Below are positions 8,748-16,933 of a DNA stretch of 64,000 nt, one piece after another. The DNA lies in the IMG/VR virus record IMGVR_UViG_3300033183_000299, positions 43,508-107,507 of that record, one strand, 5' to 3'. A program made the position numbers and the translations under genes. Below the pieces are notes generated by a model, which saw only the letters and a list, made by a program, of their open reading frames with translations, searched no databases and was not told the DNA's origin. The stretch's first letter is position 1; each line of letters begins with the position of its first letter. This DNA is from a virus.

Positions 8748-9194
8748 TTACCACTTCTTGCAAGACCAATATCTCGCTTTTGTTTTTGGACCTGGGTTAT
8801 CGCAATTATGTCTTGCTCTGAACGACTTGCGACGCTTTGGGTTTGACTTTTTGATTCTCATGTTTTTATCTCCAAAATTAACCTTCTTGACGTTTCCGGT
8901 CTTTGGATCTTTGACATAAACTTTAAACTTCTTTACATCTCCGCGAGTTGGCTTGTTAAGAGTCACCTTGCGACCTTGGTATTCGGCCTCCCCCATAAGG
9001 TCAGGGCAACCGCAGGAAGCTTCATGCAGAGTTTCAAATAAACAAGCTTCGCAGACCAAGTCGCCCTCTTGAAGAGTTGCTCCATGGAAGTGTTCAAGTA
9101 TTGAGTCGTCGCCATTGTACTCTAATCCTTCTTCGAGATTCTGCTCTAAAGTTTCATTAATAATATTTTTTAACTTTTCTTTTGTTAAATTCAT
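8748..9194 (-). CDS. conserved phage protein with basic Cys-containing C-terminal module; MxLT leader
   Basis: Likely start MNLTKEKLKNIINE (GGAGA SD); C-terminus RRKSFRARHNCDNPGPKTKARYWSCKKW. Confidence 0.7.
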   Translation of the reverse strand: MNLTKEKLKNIINETLEQNLEEGLEYNGDDSILEHFHGATLQEGDLVCEACLFETLHEASCGCPDLMGEAEYQGRKVTLNKPTRGDVKKFKVYVKDPKTGNVKKVNFGDKNMRIKKSNPKRRKSFRARHNCDNPGPKTKARYWSCKKW

Positions 9195-9195
9195 T

Positions 9196-9834
9196 TTATT
9201 TGTCTCCAAAAAATTTCTTAAAAAGGTCGGCCATATCTCTTTGGCGACTGTCGTCCACAGGTTCCGATGGAACATCTGGTTGGGTTGGCTCTTGGATTTC
9301 TTGAGGTTCTCCTACTAAATCTGGGTTCGCTTCTCTTGCAGCTTCAAACTCTTGTCTCGCGAGAGGAAAACCGTCTCCGAACATATACCAGTCAGTCATT
9401 TGTCTGTACCCACCGACTTTAGTTGGGGCGACAGAATGCTCTGCCTTGGTATCTCCAAGTTGATCTAAGATCGAATCCATGTTTGAAAAGAAAAACTCGA
9501 CAAAATCTCTTGGAGAATTTTTAATGTAATGCTTAATTTTTAATTGAAATAAGGCTCTCATGTCCTCTTCATCAAATGGAGGTTGAGTGAGATAGTAACT
9601 GCTTCCGCCATGAATTCTTTTTTCTTTCTGAACAATTTGTCGCCAGTCCGGATGTCTTTCGCTAACATAATCCATCCATTCATCGTGTGCTTCTCTATCA
9701 TATTGGATTAGGCCAAATTTTTGATCGAAATCGGCAAACCAGCCCGATGGTGTATTAAGTTCTTCATCCATTGGGGGCTTAGTTGCTTCGTTTAATTTGA
9801 ACTTTTTCCATTCTGTTAAAAAGTTTTTACTCAT
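9196..9834 (-). CDS. hypothetical protein (WKKxxLNE leader)
   Basis: 212-aa ORF co-oriented in the late-motif operon. Confidence 0.65.
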   Translation of the reverse strand: MSKNFLTEWKKFKLNEATKPPMDEELNTPSGWFADFDQKFGLIQYDREAHDEWMDYVSERHPDWRQIVQKEKRIHGGSSYYLTQPPFDEEDMRALFQLKIKHYIKNSPRDFVEFFFSNMDSILDQLGDTKAEHSVAPTKVGGYRQMTDWYMFGDGFPLARQEFEAAREANPDLVGEPQEIQEPTQPDVPSEPVDDSRQRDMADLFKKFFGDK

Positions 9835-10658
9835 TTCTTTTTTCCTTTCTTAGCTTTCTTTCCCCAAGATTTTCCCTTGCCTCTTTCCTTGCAGGCACCA
9901 GGAGTTGGGCGACACGCAGGATATTTCTTTCTTTTTTCTCCATCGGCTCGGCCACAAGACTTGTAGCCGCCTTTGCCGTCGGGAGCATTGCAATCAACCC
10001 AGCCGCCCTTCTTTCCTTTGGCTCCCTTGCGTTTGAACCAATCTCTTAGGCTATTCTCCTTACTTGATTCCGTACCAGCCCTCTTTCTTTTTTCATCAAG
10101 TTTTGGACCTTTGCACATTTCTTCAGCTTCTTTCTTGCTTAGCCCCTTTGGTCTGTCGGCTCCCTGTTTGGACTTGGCACACATAAACCTACGTTGCTTG
10201 TCGGAATAAACTTCTTCTATACCTGCTTTCTCCATTTTGGTGTAATACTTTGCATCCTTGAAGACGTGTTCCATTGCGACCTCGTGAGCTTTTTTCTCTC
10301 CATGTTCTTTTGCCTCTTCAGCTGTTCCCTTTTTCAGTTCTTTGTTGATCTCTTCCAAAGAGACTCCGTGTTTATCGGCTAATTGCTGATGCATCTCTTC
10401 CATGGTGCCGTGTAGTTCGTCACTGTAACCGCCTTTCTCCAAAGCTTCATTTGACTTATTGCCCCAATTCTTGGCTCCGACTTTACGACATTTAACCAAA
10501 GCACCAGAAGCATAAGCGGAAGGCCAAACATCATAACGAGAGCGGACCTTGTGATAGCAAGCATCCTTCTTGCCTTTAGACTTTTTTTTCTTTTCATCAA
10601 GAACTGCTTTCAACTCCTCTTTAATGATTTGTCGCAGTTCATCTTTGGTTAATTGCAT
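9831..10658 (-). CDS. modular basic phage protein; MxLT leader
   Basis: Likely start MQLTKDELRQIIKEEL; modules KKDACYHKV...WPSAYASGALVKCRK, KEHG...AMEHV...YYTK, SLRDWF...GWVDC...YPACRP. Confidence 0.7.
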   Translation of the reverse strand: MQLTKDELRQIIKEELKAVLDEKKKKSKGKKDACYHKVRSRYDVWPSAYASGALVKCRKVGAKNWGNKSNEALEKGGYSDELHGTMEEMHQQLADKHGVSLEEINKELKKGTAEEAKEHGEKKAHEVAMEHVFKDAKYYTKMEKAGIEEVYSDKQRRFMCAKSKQGADRPKGLSKKEAEEMCKGPKLDEKRKRAGTESSKENSLRDWFKRKGAKGKKGGWVDCNAPDGKGGYKSCGRADGEKRKKYPACRPTPGACKERGKGKSWGKKAKKGKKK

Positions 10659-10687
10659 TTTGGAGACCTCTTTTTGATATAAATAGT

Positions 10688-10870
10688 CTATGCAATCCAT
10701 TTAAGCATATCTAATGAATGATAAACCCTTCTGCCTCCACACCACCAAACATGTGCACAACCATTTGGCCAGTCTAGCCCAATGACGATTCCAATTTCAA
10801 ATCCAACATCCTTGTATATCCTGTGGACTACAAGGTTTCCGATCTCCAACTTTTCTCTTACTCTACCCAC
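10688..10870 (-). CDS. small KOW/SH3-like barrel protein
   Basis: IGNLVV...IGIVI pattern. Confidence 0.55.
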   Translation of the reverse strand: MGRVREKLEIGNLVVHRIYKDVGFEIGIVIGLDWPNGCAHVWWCGGRRVYHSLDMLKWIA

Positions 10871-11469
10871 CCGAACATGTAGTTTAAGAATGACTTAACT
10901 ACCCTCGCTTTACAGACTTCATCGTCTCCACAATTTTGAAGATGCCATGAGTAAGTCATTTTTTGGCTATTGATCTTGTTGTTCATTCTCTCTATATCTT
11001 CTGCTATTGAGATATTCGCCTCATTATAATCAGGTATTTCTACCTCGTATTTATCAACTACGTCAAACAATTCGCCCCACTCTTCTTGTTCAGTTGCCCT
11101 ACATGCTCTCTTGAAAGCTTCTTGGTAATCCTCATAACGCGGATCATCTTGACCAATGCGATCAGGGTGTATCTTTCTAGCAACGGAGCGAAACACCTCT
11201 TTATGTTTAATTTTTTTCTTGTTTGTCTCGAACCTTCCATGTGTATCGATATGCTCTTGAGTATTTTGTTGCATGATATTAGCAACTTTTTTCTTTTTCT
11301 CTTCGTTAAGCTTGGCTAGATCAACACCATTATCTTCGCACCACTTCAAATAATAGTTCTCAAAATATTCATGAGCATCCTTGAGCACTTCTTGGTTATA
11401 GTAGTACTCATATTCTAAGGTGCGGAACTCACTAAGGAGCTTTTTAAACTTAAGTTTCTCTCTCATCAT
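10858..11469 (-). CDS. J-domain (DnaJ-like) protein
   Basis: FRSVARKIHPD...FKRA J-domain signature. Confidence 0.7.
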   Translation of the reverse strand: MMREKLKFKKLLSEFRTLEYEYYYNQEVLKDAHEYFENYYLKWCEDNGVDLAKLNEEKKKKVANIMQQNTQEHIDTHGRFETNKKKIKHKEVFRSVARKIHPDRIGQDDPRYEDYQEAFKRACRATEQEEWGELFDVVDKYEVEIPDYNEANISIAEDIERMNNKINSQKMTYSWHLQNCGDDEVCKARVVKSFLNYMFGWVE

Positions 11470-12370
11470 TATCTAAGTAGTCACTAGAAACCCGATTCGA
11501 CCGAGATCTTAGAAGGATAGACTTCCAAGGCTTCTTTAAAGGATTTTTTCTAGCAGCCGATATTAGCAATGAATATTCTTCCCAATTTCTAACATTGTAA
11601 TATCCTTCCACTTCGATCTCATGAGCTTCTTCAAGCTTTAAGGGTGCAAACACCTTATCGACACCAAAAAACCTCGCAGACCAACGCTCAGATGGGTCTA
11701 AATAGATTTCCTCGCGCCAAGTGGAACCCGGTGGCTTCTTACCTGTTCCGGTTCTAATAATTCTTCTAAACTCAAGCCATTCATCTTTGCCAAAAGTAAA
11801 AGACATGAAGTTGTTATCTAACACCGTCTGACCAGCGTGAGAAATGTAGACATTCTTCTTTGAGTTTATTATTCTTCTGTGGTCTCGAAGCTGGTGTGGA
11901 TCAAAGTATCCGTGAGGGAAAGACACATAATACTTGGACGGTACCATCCACTCAGATATGTTAGCCATTGTCTTATACGCTGTTAATGCACCATGAATTA
12001 CGGACCAAGCCGTGCAATCTCGCTTGTGCCTATCTTTTGGATTAACGCCAACATAGTATATTGGAATTCTTCTCTGGGATTCGTATTGGTCTGGGTCGAA
12101 TTTTCTAAAAGCCCACACTGGATCTCCACACCAATCACCCAACTTCTTCCTTATTATGGGGGCAAAATCTCCATTGACGACAATCCAAATAGATTTACAT
12201 CCTGCCCATGCACACTCCACCACTGCTGATTCTATTAGTGTATATGATGGTCCTATGGGCATCATGCAATCAGGCCATGGTTGATCAAAATCAAAAGTCT
12301 CATGACCTGCGACTGGTATAATCCCAACTAGGTTTCTTTGTGCCTCAGTATTGTCTCTATCGTTTTCCAT
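11450..12370 (-). CDS. nucleotidyltransferase-fold (NTP_transferase-like) protein
   Basis: GIIPVAG...MMPIG...LIE..V.E...AGCKSIWIVV pattern. Confidence 0.6.
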   Translation of the reverse strand: MENDRDNTEAQRNLVGIIPVAGHETFDFDQPWPDCMMPIGPSYTLIESAVVECAWAGCKSIWIVVNGDFAPIIRKKLGDWCGDPVWAFRKFDPDQYESQRRIPIYYVGVNPKDRHKRDCTAWSVIHGALTAYKTMANISEWMVPSKYYVSFPHGYFDPHQLRDHRRIINSKKNVYISHAGQTVLDNNFMSFTFGKDEWLEFRRIIRTGTGKKPPGSTWREEIYLDPSERWSARFFGVDKVFAPLKLEEAHEIEVEGYYNVRNWEEYSLLISAARKNPLKKPWKSILLRSRSNRVSSDYLDNDERET

Positions 12371-13095
12371 GCCTCTCCTTCTTCTTGTCTCATCTCATAA
12401 ATTTCTTTAAAAGAATATTTCGTCTCTAGGACTTCGCAAGCCTCTCTCTTAAAGAAGTCTAGCTTAATTCTTTTATAATACCTCTTTCCTTTCTTCTCCA
12501 TCGCAAAAGGGCCATTTACACCCGCTTCCTTTAGCATCCTAATCATTTTAATCATTGCAATGCCTTGACCATAGTCAGGAGATAAAAGTTGCTTCTCGGT
12601 CATCCTAGAGGCTCCTACGGCATCAAAGTGATCTCCTCTCGCTGTCCTTGGTGTCCTGTAGAAAGTTATCTGATGGATAAAGTCGTCTTCGTCTAGCACC
12701 TGTTTAACTTCGTGTCGACTTGTCTGCCTAACATCGAAGAAATCATACACATTGTATAAGCCAGTCGGAGTATCAAACCTTAGGATCTCATCAGTCTTAA
12801 TCGTTACAGATTTGTTGCCAGAAGTAAAGACATCAATGACTCCACTATCGACTCTAAAGTTGTCCACCCTGCCGGCACAGATCATTAGACCTGTGAGCGA
12901 CAATGCAAACAATAAGTTTTTTTGAAGCTCTTTGGGATCAGTTGCTTTGATAAATGAAAAGTCATAACCAACAAGATCCGCATCGTGCCGAAAGACATAA
13001 TGCGGATCCTTTATCAATATCGGTGTTTGCGTCCTCCAAGCATACAATAGAGATTCTAGAGATCCTCCAATTATAACTTTAGATTTTTCAATCAT
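12328..13095 (-). CDS. hypothetical protein with Rossmann-like N-terminus
   Basis: VIIGGSLESLLYA start. Confidence 0.6.
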   Translation of the reverse strand: MIEKSKVIIGGSLESLLYAWRTQTPILIKDPHYVFRHDADLVGYDFSFIKATDPKELQKNLLFALSLTGLMICAGRVDNFRVDSGVIDVFTSGNKSVTIKTDEILRFDTPTGLYNVYDFFDVRQTSRHEVKQVLDEDDFIHQITFYRTPRTARGDHFDAVGASRMTEKQLLSPDYGQGIAMIKMIRMLKEAGVNGPFAMEKKGKRYYKRIKLDFFKREACEVLETKYSFKEIYEMRQEEGEAWKTIETILRHKET

Positions 13096-13340
13096 TCTTC
13101 CTCTTCTTCATTTAGTGGTTGCAGAAACTCCTCTGGTATCATTTTGTAGACACTATTTTCTATCCTTACATCATAAGACCATATATCATTTTTGTAACCA
13201 AAATCTTCAGCCCAATCATGCTTAAAGACCAGTATTGGTTCGGCAATTATTATACCCAAGCCATCAACCGCTCCTACGGTATAATTTGATTTAAACTTAA
13301 CCAAATCACCTTTAGAAAATTTAGGACCCTCTGATTTCAC
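13092..13340 (-). CDS. small KOW/SH3-like barrel protein
   Basis: FSKGDLVKF...GLGIII pattern. Confidence 0.55.
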   Translation of the reverse strand: MKSEGPKFSKGDLVKFKSNYTVGAVDGLGIIIAEPILVFKHDWAEDFGYKNDIWSYDVRIENSVYKMIPEEFLQPLNEEEEE

Positions 13341-14025
13341 GATATGCTCCTATTGAATATGGCCATATTTCTTCTGCAATATCCAGACACGCTTCAGCAA
13401 CCTTTTGAATTTCCCACTGTGCTCCCTCGTGTGATCTCAAATCAATGAACTTGAGAAGGTTCGAGAGATTAACTGTGCCGTAATACTTCGCATACAAGTT
13501 TTGAGGAAGAACTCCTCTCGCTTGTTCTCGACAAACTCCCTTCGCAATCAAGTGATCGAATAGATCGAGAGATTGTTTGTGGAACTTCACCATAGCATCA
13601 GATGCCTTGATGTAAGTATCAGCAAAAGCAGGAGTGATTGTTGGATCAATCAGATCGTTTTCGTTTGAAGCTTGTCTGTTGCTCTCATGCTGAGTTCTAA
13701 ACGCTTTTGGCTCATAGAATCTCAAGTCAACTTCTGTATAACGACGAGATATCTCATTGTAAGCCCATGTTCTGTGTCTCATGTGTTGAGAGCGAACAAA
13801 CATTGGAACCTCAAACATAAACGTGATTGAGTTGTGTTCAAAGGGAGATGTGTGTTTGTGCTCGATCAAATACTTGATCAAGCCTTTGTCTCGCTTTGTT
13901 AGTGGTCTTGTGTTATCTTGACCAAAAGATACTCGAGCAGCATTGGCGATCATCTTATCGTCTCCAACATGTTGGATGTAAGAGACCTTTCCAATGCCGT
14001 CTCCGTAAAGTTCAATTTCTTTCAT
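13321..14025 (-). CDS. thyX: flavin-dependent thymidylate synthase
   Basis: HTSPFEH and RHRTWAYNEISRRY (RHRx7S) motifs; EQARGVLP; RSHEGAQWEI. Confidence 0.95.
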   Translation of the reverse strand: MKEIELYGDGIGKVSYIQHVGDDKMIANAARVSFGQDNTRPLTKRDKGLIKYLIEHKHTSPFEHNSITFMFEVPMFVRSQHMRHRTWAYNEISRRYTEVDLRFYEPKAFRTQHESNRQASNENDLIDPTITPAFADTYIKASDAMVKFHKQSLDLFDHLIAKGVCREQARGVLPQNLYAKYYGTVNLSNLLKFIDLRSHEGAQWEIQKVAEACLDIAEEIWPYSIGAYREIRGS

Positions 14026-14039
14026 TCAATCCTCTTATA

Positions 14040-14729
14040 TTAATTTGTTTGACTTGGCGAGCCTAGTGACGCTAACGCTTGTTCCATTTCCTCATCAGTC
14101 ATTGGAATAAATGGTTTTCCATAAAGAGGAATGGCGAACTTGCCTTCGTCTCCCATGTGTGGAATGTGTGAATAATTATCTCTAACTCTTCCGATTCTAT
14201 CTCCATGGAGAACTTGATCCGTTGTCTTTGATTCTGGATCTTGATTGTACCCAGCCTCTTCGTCATAGTCGATCTCCATCATTTGGAATTGCATTTTATA
14301 TTCTCCAGATATTCCATCGTCGGACACCTCCATTTCTCCTTCGGGTCCACGTGATGGTTGGAATACTCTTTTGCCATAAACAAATCCCCACTGAGTGAAC
14401 TGTCGATTAAGTTCATCTAGATATTGCTTACTTGGATTGATTAATAACAATGCCTTTTCGGATAGTCCTCCAAAGACACCGCCAATTTCCTCATACTCTA
14501 CACCATCCTCTTGAAGTTTTGCTAGAATTTGCCTGTGTAATTTTCTGTTGGTGGTGTTAGAAACTGGCTTAGCCATCGGATTTTGACTAGACATAATAGC
14601 GACAGAATCAATGTCTGGATCATTACCTTTGAGTATACCTAAGATTCTAGTCTTTTGTAGGCCTCTGTCTGAGGTTTCATTTAGAACCTCCATAATCATA
14701 GATTTTAATGCTTTTGTTGTTAATTTCAT
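14040..14729 (-). CDS. hypothetical protein, MxLT leader; IMSSQNP motif reminiscent of DUF3293-type proteins
   Basis: MKLTTKALKSMIMEVLNE; family call is tentative. Confidence 0.6.
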   Translation of the reverse strand: MKLTTKALKSMIMEVLNETSDRGLQKTRILGILKGNDPDIDSVAIMSSQNPMAKPVSNTTNRKLHRQILAKLQEDGVEYEEIGGVFGGLSEKALLLINPSKQYLDELNRQFTQWGFVYGKRVFQPSRGPEGEMEVSDDGISGEYKMQFQMMEIDYDEEAGYNQDPESKTTDQVLHGDRIGRVRDNYSHIPHMGDEGKFAIPLYGKPFIPMTDEEMEQALASLGSPSQTN

Positions 14730-14739
14730 TTGTATCTCC

Positions 14740-15603
14740 TTACATTTTACTTAAAGCGTCTTCGCAATGGTCTACTACCTCTGCATGTCTGCTTTTTAAT
14801 TTTTCTTTTATCTCAGCAACTTCTGATTGCCAAGCTGAAACTTGCCCTTGAAGTCCAGCGTTCTCTAACTCACTCTTAACTTCAACAAAAGCTTCATCGA
14901 TAGCTTTTTCGACCTGAGGCCATGAAACAGATAGGAAAGATTCACAAGCCTTTTTCATGTCTACTTGAGATAAGAGCCAGCCAGCTCCTCCTCGCATTTT
15001 AGGATCAAGCATTGTTTTTAGCTCTCCTGCTTCAGGAGAGAACCGATTACCTTTTCTTCCGCCTTGAGCCCTAAAAGTTAATGACCCACCAGGATCAACA
15101 CGAGAAGCCACGCCAGTATCTTTATCAACTACAAAATTGTTTGTATTTGTTACATCCCAGTTAGCAAGGAATACATCGACCATTGCGCCACCAGAAATTG
15201 AGGACACCCACTTTTCTGCTGGGAATTCGTATCTTATTTTGCCTCCCGGCTCTCCCTTGACCTCTCCTGTTGCAAGACCTATTCTTAAGTTTTCTGGATC
15301 TGATACAACTTGGACATTTGAAGGGACATTGGAAGGATACAACTGATATATCTTGTAGGCCAAATACTCAACCCCAATTTGCATTGATTTATCAGTTGGA
15401 TTAGCAAAAGACCAGCTATCAGAAAATTTTAAATAAAACTTATCATCTGATATTTTACATGTAGCAAGTTGGTGTGTTGATCCACCAATGTAACATACGT
15501 CTGTAAGATCAGACATTTTTGCCTCTCTCACTCTGCTTAAGGTTTGCTCTTCCTCAAGAACCTCCAATATGAGACTTTTAAGCCTACCAGTTGTCAACTT
15601 CAT
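14740..15603 (-). CDS. atypical kinase-fold (PI3/4K- or HipA-like) protein, MxLT leader
   Basis: FYLK, VEYLAYKIY, DVFLANWDVTNTNN, RVDPGGSL match beta3-Lys, alphaC-Glu, catalytic loop and DxG; likely start 15603 (GGGAGA SD). Confidence 0.6.
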   Translation of the reverse strand: MKLTTGRLKSLILEVLEEEQTLSRVREAKMSDLTDVCYIGGSTHQLATCKISDDKFYLKFSDSWSFANPTDKSMQIGVEYLAYKIYQLYPSNVPSNVQVVSDPENLRIGLATGEVKGEPGGKIRYEFPAEKWVSSISGGAMVDVFLANWDVTNTNNFVVDKDTGVASRVDPGGSLTFRAQGGRKGNRFSPEAGELKTMLDPKMRGGAGWLLSQVDMKKACESFLSVSWPQVEKAIDEAFVEVKSELENAGLQGQVSAWQSEVAEIKEKLKSRHAEVVDHCEDALSKM

Positions 15604-15877
15604 CTTTAATTCTCCCATAGACATAGTTTTCTTTAACGACGTAAATAGTTTCGTTTTCAGATTTCATTTCCTGAATTGTGGTTCTGTCTACGATAATTCT
15701 ATCCCCAATATCTAACGATATCTCGCAATCGCTAGCCATACCTATAATATCACATATAACATAAGGTGATTTTGGTGGCCTGTACTCGTCGGGCAAAACA
15801 AATAGTGACTCAGCCTTGCTCTCCTCTTCTTCGACAGGAATAACCCATAAGTGTCTGTTGTGTGGTTCAAATAACAT
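15584..15877 (-). CDS. groES: GroES-like co-chaperonin
   Basis: FEPHNRHLWV...LFVLP...IGDRII...YVVKENYVYG pattern. Confidence 0.7.
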   Translation of the reverse strand: MLFEPHNRHLWVIPVEEEESKAESLFVLPDEYRPPKSPYVICDIIGMASDCEISLDIGDRIIVDRTTIQEMKSENETIYVVKENYVYGRIKDEVDNW

Positions 15878-15913
15878 AATACCTCCATAATAAAAAACGT
15901 GTTATACCTTTAC

Positions 15914-15942
15914 AGTATAACACGTTTTACCTTACTTGTCAA
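15914..15942 (-). promoter_or_regulatory. sigma70-like promoter
   Basis: TTGACA-N17-TATACT. Confidence 0.75.
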
Positions 15943-15952
15943 GTAGAAAAGT

Positions 15953-16144
15953 TTATTCTTCGTGAGAATTTTTGACTTCTTGGACTTTAGCTCGAACGTC
16001 GCGGAGTTGCTTTGATGCTTCCATCAAAGCTTTGCGCGCACGGGGAGCAGCAGACTTATAGCCATAAGTCCCAGCCTCTACTTTGTCGAGGTCGTCAGCT
16101 AATTCTTTCAAATCACGAATAATGTTTTCCAATTCTTCTCTCAT
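15953..16144 (-). CDS. Hc1/histone-H1-like small basic protein
   Basis: GYKSAAPRARKALMEASK resembles the GNKAAGTRARK core of bacterial Hc1-family proteins. Confidence 0.55.
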   Translation of the reverse strand: MREELENIIRDLKELADDLDKVEAGTYGYKSAAPRARKALMEASKQLRDVRAKVQEVKNSHEE

Positions 16145-16156
16145 ATCTTTCTCCTG

Positions 16157-16297
16157 TTAAAAGATTTCACATGCTCCACCGCCACAAGCGATCTCGCCCG
16201 ACAGATCAGTTTCATCTGTTGTCTCTATAACTAGATCCAAGTCAACGTTTTTGACCAAAGAGAGCATCTTTTCATAAGTCTCAGCATCGCAGTCTTC
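16157..16297 (-). pseudogene. stranded duplicate of the RNR 3' end (46 codons + stop)
   Basis: EDCDAETYEKML...IACGGGACEIF vs EDCSKQEYEEML...IACGGGSCEIF; 35/46 aa identical; no own start or SD. Confidence 0.85.
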
Positions 16298-16853
16298 AAT
16301 TATTTGCTGCGACCTTCTTGCACATCTCGATAAAGTAGTCTTCTCCAAGCTTGTTCTTCATCAAATTGATATCCTTATGGACCCACTGGATGTTTTCGAT
16401 CTCATAAGGCTTGCCGCTATCGATTCGATCAAGAGACCAAGTCTCTTTAGTTAGTTCCATGCCAGTTAGAGCACATATGTAGTTTTGATCTAACAGCTTC
16501 TCTTCTGCTTCTTCTATGGTTATGTTCAAGGCAATACCCCTCAATTCAGCGCCCCTCTTGATCCTGTAAAACTTCTTTCCAGATAGAACTTTGGAGCCTT
16601 TCCAAAAAGGGTTATCTTTCCCTCTCTGGTAGTTTCTTTTTTTCATTGCGCAATCATAGCATGATTTGGAAACTTGTCTTTCGAGATTTTCACACAATAC
16701 TGGTTTTTTCAGTCCACAAGCACACCTACACATATAAGATAATTTATATTTACTATTTGGATTTGCACTAAATGGTTTGGAGTCCAGAAGCTCCCAGTCT
16801 CCAAATTTATGTCCTACTTCATAGAGACCGTCATATTTTGATTTTCTAGGCAT
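16296..16853 (-). CDS. His-Me finger (HNH-like) homing endonuclease
   Basis: CRCACG...CYDC N-terminal Zn motif; CALTG...SLDRIDS...NIQWVHKDINLMK. Confidence 0.8.
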   Translation of the reverse strand: MPRKSKYDGLYEVGHKFGDWELLDSKPFSANPNSKYKLSYMCRCACGLKKPVLCENLERQVSKSCYDCAMKKRNYQRGKDNPFWKGSKVLSGKKFYRIKRGAELRGIALNITIEEAEEKLLDQNYICALTGMELTKETWSLDRIDSGKPYEIENIQWVHKDINLMKNKLGEDYFIEMCKKVAANN

Positions 16854-16854
16854 A

Positions 16855-16910
16855 AAAAACCACCTCCTTGTAAAAATAAATAGTCTTATCTTCGTAAAGT
16901 GGTGGTTTTT
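16855..16910 (-). promoter_or_regulatory. RBS-sequestering hairpin with ACTATTTA in loop
   Basis: AAAAACCACC / GGTGGTTTTT perfect 10-bp stem covering part of GGAGGTGG; motif at 16877-16884. Confidence 0.75.
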
Positions 16911-16933
16911 ATTTTATGCTCCTTATGAATAAA

